Origin: Selaginella moellendorffii
Lineage: Eukaryota > Plantae > Lycopodiophyta
Reading direction: 5' to 3'
Length of the DNA stretch: 64,000 bases
NCBI RefSeq assembly: GCF_000143415.4
Contig: NW_003314301.1
Location: 1,103,333-1,167,332 of the forward strand
The notes under the pieces were generated by a model. That model ran no database searches and was not told the DNA's origin. It saw only the letters and a program-made list of their open reading frames with translations. Shown here in pieces: positions 49,739 to 62,098 of the stretch. The translations under genes and the position numbers were made by a program. The stretch's first letter is position 1. The number at the start of each line of letters is the position of its first letter.

Positions 49739-52700
49739 GATGGCATGTATTTATTTAAAAATGTAACTTATTATGGCATGGGGTTCCATGCCATTGTATT
49801 AATATTAAAAGACAATTCTTTGAGAGGATTTGCATTATACTAGAAGTGTTATAGCATGTTATTGGAAGTCTACGAAGTTGTTTTATTAATAAGGGGAAAG
49901 TAAAGATTGAATGGGGACTTGGGCTCCACCTAGACTCGGAGCAACTGAGCCAATATTAAAAGGATGGAAAGAAATTGGACGACGATGACAAGGAGAAGAG
50001 AGAGGTGAAGCAGTGGCAGGGGGAGGAGAAGTGATTGAGTAGATATTTCCTTGTTTAAAATAAAATGGCATGTGCCTCAATGCAGTTGAATTTTGTTATA
50101 TTTATATACTATATAAAGGTTTGGAAACCTTATTTTACAAGTGGGATAATGACAATTCCCACTTTAACGAAATAGAGCTTTTAAGAGTTGGTCAAACAAG
50201 TCATCAATATGAGGCAAAGGATAACTGTTTTTAACCGTGATCTTGTTGAGTGCCCAATAGTCAATGCACATCCTAATAGTTCCATCCTTTTTCATAACAA
50301 AAAGGACCGGCGCTCTATAAAGTGACTTGCTTGGTCAGATATGACCTTTGTCAAGAAGCTCCGTGAGTTGCTTCTTGAGTTCAGCCATCTCTTTGATGTT
50401 CAACCGATAGAGCTTTTGTAGGTGGTTTAGAACCCAGAATAACCTCAATCCGATGATCAACCTCACGGCTAGGAGGTAGCCCTGGCGGCAAATCCTTTGG
50501 AAAGATATCCTGATTCCTCACCAACAACTCCAATATCCTCTTTGGTACAGGATCAACCCCGTCGCCGATTCGAACTGAGTCACCAACACCCTCAGCTTCC
50601 ATCACTTGAACCCAAAAGGTCTGACATCCCCTCTTAGCTGCTTTTTGAGCGGCCCTCGCAATCAGGAACTTTGCATCCCAATCCTTTAAGGAACGCTTTT
50701 GCAACTGAAAGGATACATCAAGACATCCTTCTGACTTCAATGTGATATGACTTTGTCTAGCACCATAAATCCTTTTTATATACTTGTTGAAGAAATCCAT
50801 ACCAAACACTATCTAAAAATCTGGTATCTTCAACACTAAGTCCACTCTTTCTTTCCACTTGGATATCTTTATTGGAACATCACTCATAAACTTTCTGGCT
50901 ACTTGCCCACCTTTCTCAAACTAGAAGTGCATAGGCGACATTTGCTCAGCATTCAATCTTAACAACTTAACTAAGTCTTCAGATATCATGTTGTGTGTAG
51001 CTCCCGTGTCAATCATGACTCGGATTCGGTGTCCACGGACAAAGCCTACTAGATACATTAACGGATCAGTATTTGCATTGACTACATGAAAAGCTTGAGG
51101 AAAGCAACGAAAGTTACTCACCTCTTCTTCCTCATAGTCTGCATTGACCAACTCGTCAACCCCTTCAGCTTTACCACCACCGTCTTCCCTCATGACATTA
51201 ACCCGAGACCTTGTCTTATGCTTGTTAAAACATTCCAAAGACCTATGTCCCGACTCTCCACAATGGAAGCAATGACCCACACTACCTATTCCGCTAGGAG
51301 CAGGTTTTGCAGGTTGCTGCTACTTGCACCCACCAGGAGGAAGAACAGAGGGCCTAGGACCAGAAGAAGCTATTGGTGGTCTCCAACCACCGCCACCTTT
51401 GTTAACCGTTGCTTGTGAGCCTCCAGAGCGGAACCTGCCTTCCACCCTCTATTTCCGATCACCTTGTTTATTCCTAGAATTTTTATTCTTATCCGAGTTA
51501 CCAACATATGATTGCTGATATTGTTCCATGAGCGAGTGACTAAAGGCAACTTGCTGCGCTACACTCCAGGTACGTCTTTGGCTTAAACTTCAAAATCTCA
51601 TTACAAGAAAGTGAACTTAAACCCTCTAGTTAATAACTCCGAGCATCTTTGTCACTCATATTTGCAATCATAATGCGCTTCTGAGCAAATGCATTAACGT
51701 AATGCATGAGATCCCCTCGTGCAACCGAGGGCAACTGCAGAACTTCATCATCCTTAGAACTCGAAGAGGAGTCCGGTTGCTTAGGCTTAGCTGGTTTAGC
51801 TGCCTCAGCTTCTTTCTTCCTCTTCTTGTTCTCCTTCTTCAATTTGCGGACCTCCCTTCGCAAATTCTCAATCTCGACTTCCTGAGCCGTACGTTGTAAC
51901 GCCGCAGCATCTGGCTCTTCCTCTTCCGACTCAGCCTCAGCCTCTTCCACAGCATCTCTAGTAGGAGTTTCCTCCTCTCGATTCACCCGTCTAGAGATTT
52001 CAGCATCATCAGCACGGTTCCTCTTCACCATCCTGCTAGCTGCATGCATGCCTCTATTAGTAACTGAACATGCATACAATGTTCTTACCGAATGGTGCTA
52101 TCCAACTAATCCTACATAGGTCACTTCAGATCTACTAGAAAAGTCTCTACGTATGCAACTTGAGTTAGAAAATCCGACAAAAGTTGGATAGGAATCGCTG
52201 AGACAATCCTTTGATACCAAATGTAGCACACTTGAATTTAGAGCCGAACTCCAAGCCCGTTGCGCTACGAATAAGGGTCCGGTACAATTTCACGAGCACC
52301 AGCTCCCCGTATCCAGCACCTACACGCAAAATGGTGTCAGATAGAGTCTGACACAATTTTGGCATACCGGTGGCCTAACGCGAGGAGGAGGGTACTCCAC
52401 CGACTAGAGCAGCGTGGAGCTTGGGTTTAGACCCAAGACGGATGCAAAATAAAAAGTGACACAACCTAGCAGAAGCCAAACTAATGTCTCAGGTGGTCAG
52501 ACATGCATTCTAACCACTATCCCTACTATACATTTGGAACCCCCCACAGGCCCCCCCCCCTTGAGGAACACATGCTTTGGGCTTTCACCCCAAGCCTCCT
52601 TTAGTACCAGGAGTTAGTCTCTAGGACAAGCTCGAAACTTACTAAATATGGAATGTCTTTAGATTGAGAATTTGGACACAGGACAAATACCATTGTGTTC

Positions 52701-53599
52701 AAGCCGATCTTTACATTCCGTAGATATGCTAAATGAACGAATCTAGACACTTTCCATAAATAGCATATGGGACCGAAATGAGACCAACACTAAGGGCATG
52801 ATAGCGAGGGTGTTTGGCAGATACGGTAAGCTATCATTTAGCGATATTGAGGGACTAGTCTCAATACGCAGGGGTTTTTGATACTAGCAAGTGCAAGCCA
52901 ATAACAGAAGTTTCTCAAACTAGGCCAAGTATGCTCAACAAGAAACACATAGAGTTCCTACCTTATGTTTATCCAATTTAAGTACACGATCATTGACCAG
53001 TTTCTCAACTAGCTCAAGTGGGAACAATAAAGGAAACCAACTGTACTGACCTTCTGCCGTCATGGCAATAAGGAAAGAGTGTCCATAAGGACTAGCCGAC
53101 AAGTATCTTTCAACACCTGAAGTCACATTCATGACACCCTACCCCTCAGGTCGAGCCCAGCGGGAGCAAACTGGACCAACCAGATGTCAATCAATATGTG
53201 GTGTGATTCCCCTAGCCAACCAACAGTGTCGAACCCAACACCTCTCTAATACCAAATGTAAGCTCATGAATTTGAACTTCCCAAAAGGTCATCCAACCCA
53301 GTACTATTCAAACTTAAGGACGCTTAACCCAAATATCCCAAAACCCTTAACCAATTAGAAAATAGGGTGCACTCTTGTTCATGGATCATTTCTTGAGTCG
53401 TTCCCTTTGGCTGCTTACATTGTATCAACTGATACATAGAGAATAATAGGCGACCTCTTGTTATAAACACGAGCTTGGAAAGTAAACATTGGATGAATTA
53501 ATGCCAAATGAACCCCTTGATGATACTCCCAAAAGAAAGATGGAGGGGTCATTGACTTATTCATGCAAAGTCCCTCCATTACTCACATGACTCTTTATT

Positions 53600-54922
53600 T
53601 CTCAGATGCATCTGAGTGTCTAGACCTTCCACTGCATTAGCACTAATAGGACGTTGTTAATGCCAAGGTCTCCACGCAAGAAATAGAAGCTACCAATCCG
53701 GAAAATGCCAACAATGCTGATAAGTGTGACTAACTTCATCACATGCCCAACAGCGAACATCACGGCCACAACCATGTCCTCGCCATTATCCTTGAACTCG
53801 AGCAGTAGCAACATCAACCTCCATTGGAACAGGACCATCTCCCACAGAAAGTGGAGCTAAAACACATGTAACAAGAAGTGGAAGAAATGACGTCTTATAA
53901 CATTGTGATAAATGAAAAGCATCATTAAGGGTGGTTGGAGCAAGTGCATGCATAAGTCCTATAATATCTTGACGAAGTGTTGACCACAACATTCTCAGCT
54001 TAATCCGCTCCAATATATTTGGCTTCACATGAAGCAAGAGGCTTTAGAAATGAATGCCAAATTACATCATTAACTTAGATGACTTTTGACGAAAACGATA
54101 CAATTGGTGGAAGGCATTATCACAATTGTTAACATGTTCGAATGCGCATTTAAAAACGTTTGGGAGAATACTCCAATCCTTATGTGTGGTTGCACTCAAA
54201 TTATTGTACCACTACATTGCCATCCTCTGGAGATATGTGAGAAACTCACGCAAATATTGAGCATCATCCCAAGAATTATATGTGGCAATCACTGTGAAAT
54301 GATTGAATTAATGGTACACATCATCTCTAGAATTCCCACGAAAGAACTCTAGCCAAACATAAGGATTGGCACCAAGAGTAGGAGGAATTGTACCACATGT
54401 CATTAATGCCACCATCAATTAAGTTTGGTTATTCAATTGCAATTGCATAGCATCAAGCAATTGTATTAGCTACTGCACTAGAGTCAAAGGAGGAAGAGAT
54501 TGTTGCTTTACCATGAAGATGAATGAAAAGGAAAGAGCAAAAGAAAGAAATGAAAAAAAATATATATATAGAAAGGGAGATCTAAATAATGCAAAAGCTA
54601 GATCTAAACCAAAATTCCGAAAGGAAAGAATAAAATAAGGAAATGGAAAATGTTAGATCTAGATGATGTAAAAGTTATATCTAAACCAAAATCCCAAATC
54701 TAAACACTTCTTAGGGACAATTAAAGGTGCTTCTCACTTCCACCAATGTGAATACATAGAATATGGAAAATGAATATAGAAAAAGTGTATATCAATTTGC
54801 CCAAAAACTTTAGATTATATACAGCAGTGAGTGGTTTGGATTGAAACCAATCTGACATTTACCAAAATCCCACTACACTAATATTAGTATATGACATCGT
54901 AGCCACACACTTGGACCTCACA
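53600..54922 (-). mobile_element. Degenerate gag remnant with 5' LTR (54747-54922) of the short-LTR family
   Basis: DGPVPMEVD motif followed by a broken Cys/His knuckle; LTR similar to 19236-19405. Confidence 0.6.
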
Positions 54923-54929
54923 TTATCAA

Positions 54930-55826
54930 TTTTTCCTGATAATAATATTTTATTATTTATATTTTTATGTAACTTATACTCAGAAATAACTTCATTATAA
55001 TAATTTTGGAAATAGTGAAGCAATTTTAAGGAAAATAAATATGGATACATTGATTATTACATTTTTTACATTTTATAACAAAATCATTACCTTTAGATGG
55101 AACTACACCAGAATGTTCTACATTTTATACATCCTATGTTGCAAGAATATTAACAATAGATATATTATTTACTATTATATTTAATAGTATAAATATGTTC
55201 AATAAACAATAATGGTATTCATCAAATTAACAATGATAATACTAGACAGCTCATGTTTGAGTTGCTAGAGAAATTTATTTCCTATTAGAAATGCAAGAGC
55301 ATCATATTTTATGAGTATTATTGTTCAACATGATATTGGTATTTTTGTAATATTATATCAAGTATAAGGATATACTCTTAGAATAACTCCTTATGGTAAT
55401 ATTATTTCTCTTTCAATTCTATATAAGTTTTGTAATTTCTTAAAATCTAAATTATTTTGTGGATATAAAGGTTTATAATTTGCCACACATAATTCTAGTG
55501 AATTTTTAGCACATTTTTATAAAGCATATTTATTTTAGTCCAAAACAATTATAATAGTGCTTTTTATTACAAAGATATAGTTTTATGGAATACTTATACA
55601 TATGGAGAAAGTTTTGATTGTAAATTCAAATTGCAAGAAGATGGATTTTTTTTTTGTATTCAGCATTTTATTTGAAACCATTATATGCAAATGGAACTTA
55701 TTGTAAGAAATTTTATTGTGTAAAACCATCAATGTTTATTTTACAGTTAGATTGTAATTTAGTTTTATATCAAGATGATAAACCTTCAATTCAAATGTGG
55801 TCAAGTAAAACAAAGTGTTATAATTA
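54930..55826 (+). pseudogene. Decayed duplicate of the 60032-60937 bulb-lectin gene
   Basis: Collinear along its whole length (e.g. TTACAGTTAGATTGTAATTTAGTTTTATATCAAGATGATAAACC) but start codon lost, with many stops and indels; 3' flank also duplicated. Confidence 0.88.
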
Positions 55827-55989
55827 ATATATTTAGAAACTAGAAATCTACTAATTAGTAATTTTATTTCCTTTGATATTTGTTTTTCTATTAAATTAAG
55901 TTTTGCTCACTCAAATCTCATTAAGACACCACTATGTGGTCTGTTCAAGAGCATTTCATAACCACCCGATTAGTCTCTGATTCCCCCCA

Positions 55990-56823
55990 TGCCATGGCTA
56001 ACAAGTAAGCTTAACCATTCAATCTTCCATTTAGTTATCCTTTTTTAAGGATTGAATTTGGTTTTTCTTGATGGATCATAAGCCATTGAGCTTCCTTCTG
56101 TTGGTGCTTCATCATATAAACTTCTGTATGGTAATGATCCAATATTACCAACAAAGCTAGGTTTACCTTCGCGATTGCCACAAGCTACTAATGCTAGGTC
56201 ATGGGATTAGTATTTGATAAGCATTCTTCCACTTGTTTGAGCAGAGTGTGCCAAATATCTAGACCACGTACAAGTGGGACAACAATGGTGATACAACTCT
56301 TGTTATCATCCACCTACGAAGTACAAAGTGGATGACTTGGTGTTAGTCCATTTTCCCCATCTTATGGTATATGGTTTATCTAAAGGGCTCTTTGCTCAGT
56401 GGAAAGGATTGCATCAAATGTTGCGGTAAGTTAAGCCATAAGTTTATGATGTTCGGCATGATGTCCAACAAACCGATCCTCCAAAAATTGTGCATATGCA
56501 ATGATTATAATGCTTCATACAAAGGGATTAGGAATAATTAATACCACCTATAGATCCACCAATGCCTCCTCCTGACGTTCCTCCAGATCCTAACCCATCT
56601 ACAAGAGAATCCTAATGGTCTTCCATTATTCTGAGAGGAGGGGATGGTGTGAGGACCAAGTGTGCAACTACAATGCAATATACTAGTATTAGCATAATAG
56701 GATTTTAGTAGCCGTTGGATTAGTTTCAATTTGAACCACTCGCTTTTATATATAAGCTAGGGTTTTTGGGCTAATTGATATACACATTTTCTATATTCCC
56801 TTTCCATATTTCATGCACTCACA
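55990..56823 (+). mobile_element. 3' end of a retrotransposon: integrase C-terminal remnant, PPT and LTR (56648-56823)
   Basis: GAGAGGAGGGGATGG followed by TGTGAG...CTCACA; part of the internal region recurs at about 59555-59720. Confidence 0.6.
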
Positions 56824-59800
56824 GCTATTAATTTTATTTTATTATCTAATATTCTGATAATTTACTTTTTAATTATCATATAATAAAAATAAAGATTTTC
56901 TTAAGATTTTAACCACAAGTTTATTTTCACCTCTCTTCTCTCTCCTCCTTCCTCTCCCTCTCTCTTCTCTTTCTCTCCCATGATTTGGGTGTGGAGCTTC
57001 CTTACCTAATCATGCTATAGCCATGCTGCCTAGCAAGCAACAGTAGTAACAATTGCTAGCAATGCTCTACATATGGTCATGGAGCTAAATGGTTATGGTT
57101 GTGGAGCTGGGCAGCCCCTATTGGCAACAAAGACATCAATCAAGCAAGTAAACTTTGAGATCTTCCCCTTTGAATAAAATAGAGCTAGCCATTTACTATA
57201 CTAGAGGATGTTCTTCTGATGGCTGGACAATTAAAAGGATGATGATTTATCTCATAGGTAAATCTTAGAAGAACATATGGTTCTTCTAGAGATCCAACTT
57301 CCATTATTGGCTCAAGAAATTCATTGTCGAGGTCCACAAAGTAGAGAACAATAAAACAAAACTATGTAAAACACACAAAATTGTTTTTTTATAAATTGAA
57401 GGTTAATATGGAATTATAGAGCAATACTAACACCTGTTGGATTTCCCTCACTGAACCTCATGAAGCCATTTGCATTGTCATTCGGGTTGGAATTGCTATT
57501 AACTTCATCAATACTACATCAACATGGTATTGCTCATTTGAGACAAGACAAGGATCAACATCAAGTTGCTACAATTCTGCCAAAAGTTCTATGGATATGG
57601 ATATGAGGATGTTCAAGACCACATTGATGCCATTCGCTCATAGTAAAAGATGTTTGACAAGGAGAATAATCAACTTAGGGACTACATTGCACTTATTATT
57701 GAATTTTGTTAGATAGTGAATTTTATGTTTTTCAATTATAATAATCTTGGTGGTTCCTTAATGCTGTATGGGGAAAAAATATAAGTTTGCACCTCTAACA
57801 ATCAAGGCATCATTGTGGAACTGCACAATCTCAAACATATGTCAAAGGAGAATCTTGAGACATATAACTAGTGCTTTTGAACTTATCATTGCAATCAATA
57901 TGGAGTGGAGAAGGAAGGCCACTAGATCATACATTTTTATATCGATAGCCTTCACTATGACTTAGCTTGCAAGGTTTGTATAGAGACAGCACCAAGGTTT
58001 GCAATGGGACAACACCAGCTTCTAGTAGTCCCTTCTCTATACACTCTATTGCAGCCTTGATATTCTTTGGTTGCTTTTGTCCAACCATCTTCTTCTAAAC
58101 CTTGGGCAGCTTGACAAAAAAATGTGCAAACTTAAAAAACAAAAATATATATATCCTTAAATTATTATAACATGTGACTCCCAAAATAGTATTTTAAACA
58201 TAGCTTGGTTTTTACACATAGGTATGGATTGGTACCACATATGCATGATAAAGTTCAAGTTAGAACTATATATATAATTTTTGCACTATGTAAATTGTAA
58301 TTAGCAAATTGGTTAACCTATGGCAATTACACCATGCTCTTTTGGCTCTACACAAAGCACATACCTAACAGCTGCAAAATTGATATATACACTAGTTGTA
58401 GATAGAGGTTCTCTACAAAATTCTAATGAATTCTAGTCCCAAAATTTACAAATGGCACATACTTTTGCTACGACATATGAAGTGATTGCGTTTAATATCA
58501 GTAGAGAATCTAAAGATTGGCCATGTGGATAGAATGCTTTCACACTAGGAATAATATCCAGAAAATAAATATCTTTTGCCATCTCTAAAATCCTATATCT
58601 TTGTAGTGGTGGACTATAAAAAAAATTATATAGTGATGGTGGCGTACTTTGGAACACTATTCCCATGGTAGCCTATGGGAAGCCCTAGTGGGATAGAATG
58701 CTCAACAAGTTAGTAAAGTACCACATTAAAGAAAAGTACCTAAATTTGCATAATTCATATTGGCATAAAACCATTAGCCATAGAAAGAATCTAGAATGAA
58801 AAATAAACACATTAGTGTGTGCATTGGAGAAGAAAAGGCATAAATTAATTACTTACTTATATGCATGGTTGCTTTGTAATGTTTCTCACTTACCACAACA
58901 AAATCACTCCAAAACCACAAAATCAATTATATGGTTGAGCCAGTTTCACTAGTTGTGAACATTTACTATAATGATTTCCTTGGGCTAGCAGTGCAATGAT
59001 TTTAGGCATTGTGTTACCAATTTTATTTTAAGGTACCTTGTTAGGTTTAAAAGGCTTTCAAATACCACTTTAAAGTATGCTTAAATGGATGGAAATCAAG
59101 GAAGAAGGCAACACAAGGTCTCATTAGCAAGATCTCTTCTTATGGAGCTTCATATGCTACACACAGTATGGATCTCAACCACTTGTGATGATCTACCAAG
59201 GGCCATTAGATTTGGATGGAATGCCATCACCTTCTGTCTCATCAAAATCCAACCCCTAGGATAGGATGGCACTCACTGCTCCAATCTTATATGTAATTTG
59301 GTGAAGGTGGGAGCTATGCAAGCTATTGCTAGTGGCATATGGCTGATGGCTGAGGTAAGGGAGACCTTTGAGCAGTTGAAACAAGGCATTTGGCTCAACA
59401 ATGCCACAATTGCATTTTAGCACCATCTTTACCACCATTCACTAGTTGAGATAGAAGAATAGAGTGTGGTGTTTTGGACTTTGATGATCACAACATATGC
59501 CCAGACTAGGCATTTGGACATTATGAAGTAGTGCTTTGGTCTTTGCTAGGCATCACTACTAATGGCATAGGCTTAGCAATTAGTATTTGATGAGTATTTT
59601 TCCACATGTTTGAGTGGAGTTTATTGAACAATTGGGCTGTGTACAAGTGGGATAATAATGGTGTTATAACTTCTATCATTGTTCACTTTCAAAGTACAAA
59701 ATGAATGACCTGATATTGGTTTATAAGAACTACATTAATTGTATAAAAAATTTATTGTTTTAATATACAGATAAATTTATTTATTTTATATTATTATGCT

Positions 59801-60031
59801 TTAATAAAAAAACAAGGTTCTCTCAAATATTGCCAAATTTGAATAAACGAATAATTTTAATTAAATTTATACTAATATTCCTAGTTTATTATTAAAAAAA
59901 TAAATCTAGTGATTATCTTAAATATTTAAATATTTAAAATTTAAATTTATTTATTTAAAAAATGGAAATTTAAATTTATTTATTAATATATAGAGTTTTT
60001 ATAGAACTAAAACATTCATCAGTTTTTCCTG

Positions 60032-60937
60032 ATGAAATTTATATATTTTATCTTAATTTTTTATTCATGTTTTTATATAGCTTATACTCAAAATGAATTT
60101 CATTATGAGAATTATGGAAATAGTGAAGCAATTCCAAAGCAAATAAATATGGATACATTAATTCTTAGTTTTTTTCATTTTATAACTGGATCATTACCTT
60201 TAGGTGGAACTACACCAGAAGGTTCTGCATTTTATACATCCTATGGTTCAGGAACATTAACAATAGATATTTTATTTGTTCTTATATCTGCTAGTTTAAA
60301 TTGTCCAGTGAACAATAATAGTATTCGTCAAATTAATAATCATAATGCTAGACAGCTAATATTAAGTGTTGCTAGAGAAATTTATTTTTCTATTAGAAAT
60401 GCAAGAGCATCATATTTTATAAGTATTATTGTTGAACATGATATTGGTATTTTTTTAATATTATATCAAGTACGAGGATATACTCTTAGAATAACTCCTC
60501 ATGATAATAATACTTCTCTTTCATTTCAATATAAATTTTGTAATTTCTTAAAAAATAGATTATTTAGTGGATATAAAGGTTTATATTTGGCCACACTTAA
60601 TGCTAGTGAATTTTTAGCACATTTTTATAAAGCATATTTATTTTTAGTCCAACACGATTGTAATAGTGTTTTTTATTACAAAGATATAGTTTTATGGAAT
60701 ACTAATACATATGGAGAAAGTTTTGATTGTAAATTCAGATTTCAAGAAGATGGAAATTTTGTTTTGTATTCAGCATTTGATTTGAAACCATTATATGCAA
60801 CTGGAACTTATTGTAAGAAATTTAATTGTGTAAAACCTTCAATGTTTATTTTACAGTTAGATTGTAATTTAGTTTTATATCAAGATGATAAACCTTCAAT
60901 TCAAATGTGGTCAAGTCAAACAAAGTCTTATAATTAA
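60032..60937 (+). CDS. Secreted protein with C-terminal bulb-type (GNA-related) mannose-binding lectin domain, 301 aa, intronless and very AT-rich
   Basis: Hydrophobic N-terminus; three QxDxNxVxY motifs: QHDCNSVFY, QEDGNFVLY, QLDCNLVLY; ends WSSQT. Confidence 0.82.
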   Translation: MKFIYFILIFYSCFYIAYTQNEFHYENYGNSEAIPKQINMDTLILSFFHFITGSLPLGGTTPEGSAFYTSYGSGTLTIDILFVLISASLNCPVNNNSIRQINNHNARQLILSVAREIYFSIRNARASYFISIIVEHDIGIFLILYQVRGYTLRITPHDNNTSLSFQYKFCNFLKNRLFSGYKGLYLATLNASEFLAHFYKAYLFLVQHDCNSVFYYKDIVLWNTNTYGESFDCKFRFQEDGNFVLYSAFDLKPLYATGTYCKKFNCVKPSMFILQLDCNLVLYQDDKPSIQMWSSQTKSYN

Positions 60938-61399
60938 TATATTTAAATATAAATAGAAACAAAAAATTCACTAATTACTAATTTTAATTTTTTTTAATAT
61001 ATTTTTTTATATTATGTTAATTTGTACTCACTCAAATCTTATTAAAACACCACAGTAGAGTCCACTCAAGAGGAATTTATGACCATCTAATTGTTCTCCA
61101 ATCCCCCCTACGAGGCAGAACTTAAACCCTTCATGTGCCATGTGTCACATGCCACATGCCACATATCACATGTCCAATGACAGTGGAGCAAAATCTGAAT
61201 TTCAAGGCCTTAGGCCATTGAATGAAGGGATGGAGCCAAACTCCTAAGGATAGAGCTAAAAAGTGAATGAAGTAGAGTATGAAATGACTCTCAAGCGTAC
61301 AACCCAATGAGTGAAGGGATAAAAGGACAAAGTGATATAGGAATAGTCCTAGAACATCCGATATCCTAATATTATGACTAGCATGCAAAACAGAGCCAA

Positions 61400-62098
61400 A
61401 CAGAGTTTGGCATTATTTCAACATACCAGTGGTATAACGCAAGGATATAGCTATTCCACCAGCTGGCATGGTATGGAATTTAAACTTAGACCCAAGTTAG
61501 ATATAGAATAAAGACAAGTATGTAAGCACAAGTTAAACTATGCCCCCCACGTTTTGGGCTTTCACCCTAATCTCAGGAATTAGTCTCTAGAACAATAATG
61601 AAAATTTACTAAATATGGAATGGTGTTAAATTGCAAATTTGGACACGGGAAAAACACCATTATGTCCAAGACAATCTCTACACTCTATAAATATGTCTAA
61701 CTAGCAAATCTAAACACATTCCACAAACAGCTATAAAATTGAACATGACTAACCTATGGGGCATAATAATGAAGATGTTTAGCAGACATGGTAAGATATT
61801 ATATGGTGATATTGAGGGACTAATCTCAATACGTGAGAGTTCTTATCAAGCCAATACAAAACAAAGCAAAAAAGAACTAAAAACTAGGCTGAGTATGCTC
61901 AACAAAAAACATATAGGAGTTCCTACCTTATATTCATTTGGTTAAGTATAAATGCTAAGCCCAGTTTATTAATACTTGAGCAAAAAGAGCTGAAAAGTGA
62001 ACTGGTAATACCAACCTCTTGTCATTATGGCAGTAAGGAAAGAATATTTGAAAAGACTTGCCGACAGATAACTTTCAATATTTATAATCACATTCACT
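61400..62098 (-). mobile_element. Degenerate LTR related to the 33373-34288 / 52222-53136 LTRs (possible solo LTR)
   Basis: Shares TTTGGGCTTTCACCC, TTACTAAATATGGAATG, GATATTGAGGGACTA, GAGTATGCTCAACAA and TCACATTC in the same order. Confidence 0.7.

Larger units (their letters stand above)
37678..50086. repeat. Dispersed 22-bp palindrome ATGGCRTGWGGCCWCAYGCCAT, about 25 copies
   Basis: Copies start at e.g. 37994, 38083, 38681, 38841, 38987, 40329, 40386, 42232, 42302, 42400, 43111, 43270, 43405, 44161, 44238, 44298, 45575, 47047, 47188, 47379, 48621, 48696, 49773. Confidence 0.93.
37452..50180. mobile_element. 12,729-bp cut-and-paste DNA transposon (Sola-like) with TTAA TSD and 24-bp TIRs
   Basis: TIR AAGCTCTATTTCGTTAAAGTGGGA at 37452-37475 and its reverse complement at 50157-50180; TTAA at 37448-37451 and 50181-50184; removal restores the host RT frame [19 protein letters not shown]. 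Confidence 0.95.
33373..53136 (-). mobile_element. Chromovirus Ty3/Gypsy LTR retrotransposon, decayed, hosting the 12.7-kb DNA transposon
   Basis: LTRs 33373-34288 and 52222-53136 (~915 bp); TSD CCCTA; PBS (rc of CCTTTGATACCA, 52208-52219); PPT 34289-34302; gag, PR (IDTGA), RT (YIDD), RNase H, IN, chromodomain EYEVKVIL...EYLVKWKGYP. Confidence 0.96.
33089..53419 (-). mobile_element. Cassandra TRIM (5S-containing LTRs), split by the chromovirus insertion; own sequence is 33089-33372 plus 53137-53419
   Basis: LTRs 33089-33282 and 53257-53419; TSD TTGTA at 33084-33088 and 53420-53424; the two halves rejoin to match the copy at 63317-63715. Confidence 0.9.

Noticed and set aside
37678-50086. CRISPR array interpretation of the 22-bp palindromes
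   Set aside because: Spacing is irregular (tens to thousands of bp), copies lie in introns and exons, there are no cas genes, and the context is eukaryotic.
37448-50184. piggyBac assignment from the TTAA TSD
   Set aside because: Termini are AAG/CTT rather than CCY, and the transposase motifs (DNxxxENKN, GHTHEDVD) are not piggyBac-type.
56900-59550. Possible decayed gene or TE sequence
   Set aside because: Only short ORFs and no motif I can support.
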